A stretch of 64,000 bases of DNA from contig NC_092676.1 in the NCBI RefSeq assembly GCF_964355755.1, forward strand, positions 3,883,888 to 3,947,887, in the 5' to 3' direction. The stretch's first letter is position 1. Each line of letters starts with the position of its first letter. The notes under the pieces are model-generated. The model had not been told where the DNA came from and searched no databases. It worked only from the letters and a program-made list of their open reading frames with translations. The position numbers and the translations under genes were made by a program. Shown here piece after piece: positions 27,093-39,742 of this stretch. This DNA is from Antedon mediterranea (taxonomy: Eukaryota; Animalia; Echinodermata).

Positions 27093-29152
27093 CAGCGGTG
27101 CAGGACCCAGTGAAGAACAGCCCTGTGTAAATCTGAGCATGAATATACTATAGGCCTAACGTTACTATTTAACATTAAACAACATTTAGATCCGGAGCCC
27201 ACCTTTAAGCTCCCCAATGTTAAAAAAATGACGTATACAGATACACATTCATTTTACATAATACTCGCGTTTATATTTCGATGGCTAACTAATTTAATAT
27301 TTCATTGATACTGTATATCATATAGAACTGGTACTCGCGAGTAGTCACACGAATATCACAAGTGAGGCTCGCGTTAGTTGTACACGTATGACACGCGAGG
27401 GAATATATTTTGTTATCAGCTACCGTAGGCATGGTACTATTTGCTCTTTGAAGTAAAATACCTATATATTCCAATTCTCACACTACGGCTTAAATTACAA
27501 AACACTGTAAGTTCTTTGAATATAAACTATAAAATGTAAGGATGAATATATAATGCAATGATATTGAGTTTTGTTGGGTCACACACCCCGACGAACACAT
27601 CTGCACGAATTATGTAGACTATATTAGTGCATAACATACTGTGAAAATGATGTCTGTATACAACACACTGTGCAGATTATGCCAGTCCCGTTTACTGCTG
27701 ACGAAATGCTATTACGTGACACATACTGTGCAAAATATGTGCGTGTTTATACTGCGCATGCACATTTAGTCAGTATATTGCCATTATAGTATAGTCATGT
27801 ACACGATCAGACTGCGCAAACGCTAACAAATTATCCAAATGCAAATTACTGAAACACAAACAATGCAGTGGATATCACTGGCTGGATCTCAATGGAGATA
27901 TAAATAAAATAAGCAGAAGTAACTATGCCACTTAAAATATTGTGCGCCACTTCTCTGTGTGACGTCACTGACATTTAAAATACAGCTGAACCAGCAAATT
28001 TGCATTCTTACAGGTGTCGTGCGTTGACGAATAACGCGCTTCAAAAAGCTTTCACATTACGCAATGTCAACGCGATGTCAACGCAATGTCAACGCGATGT
28101 CAACGATCTGTACATATTAGCGCATTGCAAATTAATAAATCTTCATAAATAAATACATTACGATGTCATTGATCCTACATGTGTCGTCTTCTCGTCCACT
28201 TTTTAGTATCTCGTTAATTTTTTTTCTGAAATTCGCGTAATTATAATGTATTCCGATTAAATGCTGAGTAACGAATATTGAAATAAATCGAATCGCTCTA
28301 ACACCTTTTCTTGTCAGCAGTGCCGTTCTGATTTATCAAGTTTTTCATTTCGTTTTTCACTGTCCATTAGTATCTAGATTGCAACAAGCATGTTGATGAG
28401 CACATCTGGTACGTGACGACATTACTGAAAGAACGGGAAGAAACTAGATACATAACATTAAGTGTTCAGCACATATCTAATTTTAATCGCCAATTATCTA
28501 TATTAGACTTAGGTAGTGCTACTTGTTGAATATACAAACAATGATGGCACTGTGTATAAGGCGCAATTGTTTATTGCGCCGCATACATTATTTATTTTCA
28601 GGTATTGTAATATATGTAGATATTTTATGCATATCTGTTTGCATCAGCAATTTTTTACGATTTTAACAATTTTTTTTATAATGTACATAGTATATTGTTA
28701 TTTACACTTGTAACTAAAATATTCAATATGTTATATAATGATGTTGCTATTTGTATGTTTTACCAAGGTTAAAGTTTCTACACTGTCAATATGGAGGCCG
28801 TATATTTGTCCGGTCACCGGATCCGGATCGGTACGAAAATGTATTGTATAGATTTAGTAGTAATTCATAATTGTCAGAAAAATTATTCGTAAAAATAATA
28901 ATACAATAAAGTCAGCATACGCTGTTTAGAGTCACCCTCTATAAATAAGGTGAAAATAAAAGTATAATCAAAAACATGTTATGTAGATCTGGCCCGTAGA
29001 TGGATGTTTGTCCGGTCGCCGGATCTGGTTCGATACGAAAATGTACAGATGTTTAGATACCGCCGGTAACGATTCATTATCAACGTTTTATTCGCGGAAT
29101 AGTTTTACTATCTTAATAAAGTAACCCACAAAATTAAGGTGGAGGCAAGATC

Positions 29153-29225
29153 ATTTTCCGGTCGCCAGATATTTTCGGTCGCCGGATATTTTCCCGGTCG
29201 CCATATATTTTTCCGGTCGCCGATT
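29153..29225. repeat. Short tandem ATTTTCCGGTCGCC(G)GAT repeat
   Basis: 4 units; related TTTGTCCGGTCRCCGGATC at 28805 and 29007. Confidence 0.75.
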
Positions 29226-29786
29226 CGGCAAGGAAATGCACAGCGATTCATTTAAAAGTTATTCGCGTAAATAGTTTTTACTGTCTTTACTAAAGTTGTT
29301 CGAATTATTACTCTGTCACGTAAATTAGAACAAGCTATCTTGAAATATTAATAACGGCACGCGCATTTAGATGGCGTCAATCTAATATAATTGTATTCCA
29401 ATTAATAACAAATACAGCAGGCTAGCCATAAAATATTGTGTGTTTATCACTTGTGTTTGCGTACAGCAGATAGCGTTATGTAAGCCTGTTTATTGTTGAT
29501 CATAGCATACAAATACCGTCATTAATGTGTAGGTAACCCAAGGGAATTGGCCAGTTGGCTCTTCATATGATAACGAAGACTAATGCAAAGAGAACATTGT
29601 ATGTATAATGCATGACATATAGTTCACTGGATTAGTTTCTGAATAAGAGTATTATCAGAATTTGAAAGATTCGTTCCACAAAACCGACTTCCAAGTAACA
29701 AACCAATGTGACAAACAAGAAGAGTGAAACCTTATCAATGTCATTTTAATTTTGTCGCATAAATTGATAATATAAAAATAACATAA

Positions 29787-29937
29787 AGCACTGTCTACAC
29801 TATCAAACTAGTTTGACAAAAAAAAGTGTGATATACCGAAATATGGTAGTCATATGCCCAAATACAGTAACTTATATGACATCATTATGTCCATATGTTT
29901 TTTTTGTCCCATCAAGTTTGATAGTGTAGACAGAGCT
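29787..29937. mobile_element. MITE family A
   Basis: TIRs with TAA/TTA flanks. Confidence 0.85.
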
Positions 29938-29973
29938 TTAAGATATATCGTTATTGTCATGAATACAATATTG

Positions 29974-30154
29974 TAGACTTGCCCCAAGTGTGTATTTGCT
30001 GTCTTTTCTTATATTAGTCCACGAGTCGACGTTTCAATTTTTTTTCTGAAAATACAAGCTCAAGTTGTATACATAAGAAATGCCATATTGCCAAATGCCA
30101 AATATTTATCTTTTTATACAATATTAAGTCAAAACTCCGTCTGGATCCCACACT
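29974..30154 (+). repeat. Repeat family B, near full-length copy
   Basis: TAGACTTGCCCCAAG ... AAGTCAAAACTCCGTCTGGATCCCACACTA. Confidence 0.75.
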
Positions 30155-30781
30155 AACAATATTGGTGTAAATGAAATTTGTTTTCTTTACGTGTTTGTCA
30201 CTTATTAAGTAGTTATCTTCGAAATTGACCTACAGGCCTAAATATGTATTTATACAAAAGTTTTTCTGCAGAGGAATTTGCATACATTTTATTTAACCAT
30301 TTAATTAAGTGCTATAAAAATGTTCCATAAAACTTCATCAATGAAAATGCCTGCGGGAGACTTTAGTAAGGAGTGAGTGCAATTAGTATAATTACTATAG
30401 ATTAAGTAATATTAATTCCGTGTGCTATGGTCCGAAATAAAAGATTACATTTTTCTTTTACAACTCCTCAGCGAAGATGTAGAACACGAGCTTTGCTAGA
30501 TAGAGTGTGTCGTCATCTTCAACGTCACATCTTAATGGAGATGTCGCTAACAGATGCTTACTCATTGGGGTACGCGTTAAGACACTCGTTATCAACGTCT
30601 TTGTAACACATGCACTTTAAAGGTAAACTAAAATTCCATCTAAGAGTTGTTATTTTTGTTTTGAAAATAAGCCCATGAAACTTAATATCGAGGTCCACCA
30701 AATAAAATCATAAAATATAGCGTATAGTAATGGATGATGATTCATCGTGTCGTGATTGGTGACATTATATAAGAACCAACC

Positions 30782-30933
30782 AAACTTGCTTTCCACTCTA
30801 GACTCAACGCAAGGACGTAAGCGGCAACGCAAGTGAATTGACTAATCCAAAGCGATGGATTATTCGAACTGTCGCTAGAGATTGGTCAACTCACCTTACG
30901 TCCTTGCGTTGCGTTCTAGTGGGAACCCGAGTT
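30782..30933. mobile_element. MITE with family-C TIRs and a different core (TGACCAATC..GATTGGTCAA); also at ~7045, 16252, 26002, 33282 and 47151
   Basis: Shared termini and internal palindrome. Confidence 0.65.
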
Positions 30934-30963
30934 TTAGCGCGCGACCTCGATTCCGCCCCGTCT

Positions 30964-31137
30964 CAATTTTCACAGACGAGGTAACGGTAAGCGGAAACCG
31001 CGTAGCTTGTCCCACGTAGAATCTGTATCTATCCTGAGCGGAAGCCCGTCCGCTCCTCGCTTTGTGTTAAATAGTCATAAGAAATAACATAGATTCTATA
31101 TTTTTTATTACCGTCACCGCTCGTCTGTGTAAATTGT
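30964..31137. mobile_element. MITE with TIR CAATTT.CACAGACGAG..GT.ACGGTAA
   Basis: Inverted arms at 30964-30990 and 31108-31137. Confidence 0.6.
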
Positions 31138-33919
31138 CATTAAACGTGTTTAATGCACCACCCCAACAACCTCAATCTTGCCTCTATTTTTAACACGACG
31201 ACGTAGTAATTATTCCTATTTTCTATCAAATGTCCTTCCTAAGTATTTTCAATCAGCAGTTGACTCATTATAGAAACAGCTTAAATTAATCCTATAAAAT
31301 GCTATTAATCTAAATTGCTAACTAATCGATAGGGCCATAGGTAATTCAACGCCCTTGATTAGTACATCGTTTGACTGTTTGAAAGATGGACGTCTCGAAG
31401 GGAAATATAATCACCTTGTTATTCATAACATATTCCGCCTCTGACATGAATGTGTAAAACGTTCAAAAACCTTATTAATCATGTCAACATTATTCATGCA
31501 GTAACTTAATTTTTTTTACTCTTTGATTACCATTTTATCAATAGTTGGTTGGTGATAATCTATACATTGTTTATTCATGAAGTTTATTGCAGTGTCTATC
31601 GCAAAAAAATGTCATCATTAAAACAAACTAAAATCAAACGTTATTATACCAGAAAGACATTTAGTTACTGCACTACGTAACTACAGCAGAATAATGTTCA
31701 CTTTATTCTTTGGAGTAACTATATTTTGTTTATCTTATGTGAGTTCATCCCACTTTTATTTCCATACATTTTGTTCTCTTTTTTCATTTTCATTTCAATA
31801 CACATTACATTGTTATAATAACAATATTTGTTTTCATCATCTGTATACATACACTTTTTTTTAAAGAGTTTTGTTCATTTTTTTACATATTATCACATTG
31901 ATTTTTGTTTTTATCTTTTCTCTTCATAGTTTCCTCTTTTTATACATGATATCTATAATACATTTTCATTAACAGGCTTATTATTTCTTACATAGTTATT
32001 TTTTTCATCTACATGCATATTTATTTTATACAATTATAATAAATTTTATGTTTAATAAGTAACTATATTTTGTTTACTATTTAATTATTATTTACCAATA
32101 TTTGTTTTGGTAATCATAATATTTACAATGTCTATCCAAAAATGTTCTACATTGAAAAAAACTAAAATCAAACGTTAATACATAATGAATTTAGTTACTG
32201 CAGTAACTACAGCAGAATAATATTTGTTGTGATAATCATGTTGTTTATTGCAATGTCTATCCAAAAATAAAAGTCTATATTGAAACAAATTAAAATCAAC
32301 CGGTATAACCAGAAAGGAATTTAGCTACTGAAGTAAAAAAGTAGTTACTGCAGTAACTTATAGAGCAGAATAATTTACACGATACCTTTTCAGTTGTGGA
32401 GAAAAGAAAAAACTGTCAAAATAAAGATACAATCAACGCATCTTCGAAATAAAGATAAATTGCGACTTCCCGATCTCCGTCAACGCCACATGTATAATTT
32501 GATAAAAGTAGTAAAGTCAATCTGTACATCACTGTTCCCATTCAGTAAAGATTTTTTTTAACGAAAGTCGTACTCTGTTTAACTAACGGCTCAAGTGATT
32601 AGAAACGTATTACGAATTGCAGAACACGATACGTCAATTCGTGATAAACTAAGTTAGCATTTTTCGGATGTACATCTTCGCCAGCACAAAATTATGTTGA
32701 AACTAAATGTATGTACAGTACTGTATGCATTTAAATGCGTTAAAAAAAACGGAATTGCGTTTTTGACGCGATGCATTTTACGTGTATGAAACGCGTTTAG
32801 TGCAATTTTGGGTAAGACATACACAGAGAAGTCTGTTGTGATGGTCTAGTAGCGTTCCGTAAAAACACCTCCATTTTGTTTTGATAAGAAAATAAAATAT
32901 ACAATAGATCAACGCTTTGATAACAGACAACTAAAACTCATCTTTCATTGAAATAAATATATGCTTTGCCTTTTTAAGTACGAGAATACGCCATTTTTCA
33001 TTTTTTTTGCTTAGGGTATACTTTGTTAAATTAAAATTCATTAAAATTAAAATTCATTACTTCGTAATTTTCTGTAGTAACGAATTTAACGTAGCGAGGA
33101 CCTAGCGCATGACGTATTACATGAAGTACTTACTGACTGTTCGAAAATTATATGAAAACGGTTGAGTTTAGTTAGACTTGTTTTAGTTCTAATGTTTAAA
33201 TTATATTATATGAATGAGACACACCCACAAAATTAAACAAAATCATATCACAGCATGATTTGCGTACATTTATTTTAATAAAGCTTGATTCACTAGCACG
33301 CAAAATGCGTACGTGCGACGCAAGGTGCGCACGGGCAACGCAAGTCAGTTGATCAATCACAAGCGATTCGGATGATCCACCGTGTGGTAATTTGTCAAAT
33401 TTTGCCTCGCGCTCTTACGCCCTTGCATTGTGCGCGCGGGAACCAAGCTTAAATTTATTCCAACATCGAGAGCATTTTATCAGTTATTTCATATTTTAAT
33501 TACCACTGCTCTCGTGTGCTGCACGAGTATTACACGCGCGTGAAACGCGATGCATTATACTTTTGCTGTCATTGAAATTAAACTGTATGAATGCCTAAAC
33601 CGCAGCATTATGATGTTCAATTCTAAGAGATATAATTTCATTTACATATATTTCAATTGAGAAATAATCGACTAGTTGAATTCCGCAAATTCCTTACAAA
33701 TCACAACGATAAGAAAAGGATTGAATAAATAATTTTCATAAAGTATATCAAAATAATTTTTTAAACAGCAAGTAGCATTTTTGTTTTACAATGTAGTAGA
33801 TGCTCTTTTGCGAAAAGCGTCAACATTTAAATTCCCAAACGCGCTAAAAATAAATAAGTCTAATGAATTAATTTGTAATTAAGTATAATTAATATTTTTA
33901 AAAAATAAATAAAACTTAC

Positions 33920-34070
33920 CGTAAAACTCATAAAAGTCAATTTCTTTGATTCAAATTATTGTGGTCATATAATTGTGTGTCCATTGAAGATATCGAATGC
34001 GGATCTGAACGAAATACTGTAGATATCCGTATCTTGTGAATTGTGAGAATAACCGGCACGCAGTTATCGG
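33920..34070 (-). other. Putative first (non-coding) exon and promoter of a long minus-strand gene
   Basis: Strong donor CG|GTAAGT at 33920; CpG-richer upstream sequence with GC box GGGCGG (~34069) and CCAAT (34261). Confidence 0.35.
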
Positions 34071-35190
34071 GCGGATATTTTTTTTAACGCTGAGGGCGTG
34101 AGCGTGACTTTAGTAAACCTTTCATAATTTTTGTGGTAACAATAACGTCAGTCAGCCGATGGGTTGAAATATTGTTCTGCAATTAATTTAATTATTCTTT
34201 TACGATATTTTTTCTGATTTTTCTATCCGTAAAAGGTGTTTGAATTATAAAAATAAACCTCCAATTAGATGTGAAATTTTAAAAGAGCGTCGATTCTCGT
34301 TTTATTTCTTGTATAACTTTGTTATGGAATGTTTTTACTATACTTACACAGATTTTTATAAGTTTTTCTTATACAAACATAAATTAAAAAAAAGAAATAT
34401 ATATATATAGGCTATATTTCTTGCACTTATGAAGGGCTAGTGTTGCCCGAAAGCTCTTCCAATTTTTCCGGCTGTTTTACTTTGTTTTGATTTAGATTTG
34501 ATTTTTGTTGATTTTGTATCTCCATACTACAGTATTTATATTTTCATAACTATTTTAAAGTATTTAAACCATAACAAAATAATAATAATGTTAAATACTC
34601 GATTCTGCAGCTGTCATTAAATAGAGTCTAATTGACTATCGCAAGTCAACTAGATACGATTCTAGCTGTATTAAATACTTTGAATACACGATATCTCTGT
34701 CAGTAGATTTAAATCTCGGACAAACAGTATTAAGTCAGCAAGCATGATCTTACTCCACAACTCATTAATAATGAGCTGTGTATTCTTATTATAGTAAGAT
34801 TCCACGACGCTAATCTTTAACAAATCGTCAATACAGAAAAACACAATTATATGTTTCCTAAGAAAATAATACAGTAAGTAAGTGGATTATGATTGAAATA
34901 CATTTATATTATTAATACAGTAATTACTATCGGAAGGTGAATTTCGATACTCAAAGTTAAATTAATCTCAGTTAATTTGATTAGTATATTGTTTAAATTT
35001 GATTAAATTGTTTGTTCCAATTCTAAATGCATTCAATTCACTGGATACATTTGTAGCCTTTATGGGCCAAATGGCCCTGATGCGATTCTTACGTCACACC
35101 TTATGGATAATAATTACTAATTGTATTCATGTTTATTTTGTGATGTTCTATAAGTGATATATTGTTTGAAGGTTTGCATGGCGAAATCAA

Positions 35191-35404
35191 ATGTTGATAT
35201 AAAATTTACGGTACACCACGTATAGTTCTGAAAAGAACTGTTGAGTTTCTCGACGTTTCGATCAATATGCTTTGATCGTCCTCAGGAGAGAGAATGTCAC
35301 TCACTCCTGAGGACGATCAAAGCATATTGATCGAAACGTCGAGAAACTCAACAGTTCTTTTCAGAACTAATATACGTGGTGTACCGCAAACTTTGTATCA
35401 ACGT
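35191..35404. mobile_element. Foldback element with two inverted minimal hammerhead ribozyme motifs (Penelope-like terminal repeat type)
   Basis: ~100-bp inverted arms with a 15-nt spacer; CTC-CTGAGGA-CGATCAA..TTGATC-GAAA-CGTC-GAG at 35304-35343 (+) and 35249-35288 (-); an end fragment recurs at ~63019-63062. Confidence 0.75.
35304..35343 (+). ncRNA. Minimal type I hammerhead ribozyme motif
   Basis: CUGAGGA core, stem II GAUCAA/UUGAUC, GAAA, palindromic ACGU stem III, GUC cleavage triplet, CUC/GAG stem I. Confidence 0.7.
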
Positions 35405-35591
35405 TCCATAAGTAATTCCAAACTTATGTACGAAAAGAATTATCACGGCCCGGATAGGATAGGTAGGTGTAGCCTATATAAGTCTACTGAGATAAAGTAT
35501 GATTAAGTTAAATGTTTATTGTAGATTTTAAAACGAATTTGTTTATAACTGTCAATCTTTCTGGATATAATAAATATGTAATAATTATGCT

Positions 35592-35884
35592 CACCCGATT
35601 CTGCTACTGTCCACAGGTGCTATCTGTAAAACTATAGCAAGTTATACACGTTGCTGTCTGCTATAAATGCTGTACTTTTAACACACGGTACACTGTACCT
35701 ATCCATTCTTGCATGGCAGTACGAAAACCTGCCTATGGTTGTACATCATTGTAAATTGTCAACACACACTGTGCTACAGACAGTGTACCGTGTGTTAAAA
35801 GTACAGCATTTATAGCAGACAGCAACGTGTATAACTTGCTATAGTTTTACAGATAGCACCTGTGGACAGTAGCAGAATCGGGTG
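35592..35884. mobile_element. Young foldback DNA transposon derivative with perfect 105-bp TIRs and 7-bp TSD (P-superfamily-like)
   Basis: Arms 35592-35696 and 35780-35884 are exact inverses; TTATGCT flanks both sides; CAC..GTG termini. Confidence 0.85.
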
Positions 35885-36671
35885 TTATGCTTCAACAATT
35901 CAAATGCCACTTTGTGCATCTATGCTTTGAATGATAATCCATTTCAGAAGTTCGATGGAAATTTATTTCATTAACTTTAGAGATAATTTGTAGTTTAATT
36001 TAATGCATGTATATTCATAAAACGAGCGGAATAAAATAAGTGTGATTCAAAGTTGATATGTCTGCAATTGTATAACCTTGCATTTATAAATCACCATGTA
36101 CACTACTATTGTATTTTGTATAATAAATAATAACTACCGTACTTAAATTAGATCAATCTTGGATTGATTGCTATATTAACCAAATAAAAAAACTACTTTT
36201 TTCCGATATTATAGCCTAGTTCAACCCGCATATCTGATGACCAATGTCACTAATTTGCATTTTCTACAGGGCCTGATCAGTTGAGATTATCTTTATTCTA
36301 TTCGAAAGATAAATTATAAATATATCCCGATATTCTTTCAATGAGTGAGAAGTCTGTAAGAGTAAACGTTATTCACTCTACGTTTTCAAGAACATTACTC
36401 ATAAACCCTGTTTTCCACTTTGTTGGTGTCCGGCAGGGTTTAATTTTTTACCAAACCCGAAACCAGTTCTAGAAATACCGGGATGGTGTCCGGTGGGGGA
36501 TAGTTTGACCACGTAGTTTAAGTTCTATTTATTTGCTGTTAGCCGAAACCGTTCAAATTAATTTCAATGTAAATGTTTTTTTATATGTTTGCAAATTACA
36601 ATAAATTTACTGAACCTACATTTTATATACGAAGATATTGATTTGTTGTTGTCTTCTCTTTTTAGGCCTAA

Positions 36672-36968
36672 AGATATATTATCCCCCTAAAAACATTTTT
36701 TTTTATTATGCAATTTTATAATAATACTTTTTATAATTTTTCACCTTGACCAAAAATTACCTGAAAATTGTAATTTAAAGCAAAAAATAGTCAAATTGGC
36801 TGCCATTGGTTGAATGTAACCGTTTGTTTTGTAATTTGATAAGTGAAAGCACTATATTTTTTAGATTTGTTTCTATGGAATTGATTAACATTGTTACAAC
36901 TAAAATGGCCTATTCAAAGTATGATTTTATTATCTTCATTTTTCATGTTTTTTGGGGACAACACATCT
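36672..36968. mobile_element. Kolobok-like MITE immediately downstream of the sulfotransferase stop codon
   Basis: Homologous to 17809-18161. Confidence 0.8.
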
Positions 36969-36975
36969 TAAACAT

Positions 36976-38918
<1,943 letters not shown>

Positions 38919-39026
38919 ATTGGATACCGACTTCTTCTAAAGAAAACTAGTTAAGTAAATTAAGTAATCTTGGACTGATTATTGATAAAATCAAAACCAT
39001 TGTTTTTGTTTTTAATGTTATGTTAA

Positions 39027-39742
39027 AGCTTGGTTCCCACTAGGACGCAACACAACGTAGACGCAGCGTATCATCAACGTTCCGTCAGAACATAACAGTG
39101 AGGTGCGTCAGACTATGGGAACCACCGGCGACGTATTTTAAAGCTTGGTTCCCACTAGGACGCAACACAACGTAGACGCAGCGTATCATCAACGTTCCGC
39201 GGCCGTCAGAACATAACAACATTTCCCGTCACATTATGGGAACCGTCGACGTCGTATTTTAAAGCTTGGTTCCCACTAGGACGCAACACAACGTAGACGC
39301 AGTGTATCATCAACGTTCCGCGGCCGTCAGAGCATAACAACATTGCGCGTCACATTATGGGAACCGTCGGCGACGTATTTTAAAGCTTGGTTCCCACTAG
39401 GACGCAACACAACGTAGACGCAGCGTATCATCAACGTTTCGCGGCCGTCAGAACGTAACAACATTGCGCGTCACACTGTGGGAACCGTCGGCGACGTATT
39501 TTAAAGCTTGGTTCCCACACCAGGAAAACAATACAACACAAATACAACGACCTAAATAGATGCAACACAACGTAGACGCAGCGTATCATCAACGTTCCGT
39601 GGCCGTCAGAACATAACATTGCGCGTCCCACTATGGTAACCGTCGGCGACGTATTTTAAAACCGTTTTTGATAGAAGGGTATTTTCTTACGTTGCGTCAT
39701 TACGTTGCGATGCTGCAAGATTGTTTTCTAGTGTGAAACAAC
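39027..39742. repeat. Tandem array of the left half of a family-C MITE (5 units of 115-121 bp), ending in the right TIR
   Basis: AGCTTGGTTCCCAC starts at 39027, 39142, 39263, 39384 and 39505. Confidence 0.9.

Noticed and set aside
30458-30565. 35-aa minus-strand ORF MSKHLLATSPLRCDVEDDDTLYLAKLVFYIFAEEL
   Set aside because: Protein-like but short, with no family motif or supporting exons; within chance expectation
39027-39660. Regularly spaced palindromic repeats resembling a CRISPR array (also 26360-26926)
   Set aside because: The between-repeat segments are homologous to each other rather than unique spacers, the units are MITE halves, there are no cas genes, and the context is eukaryotic
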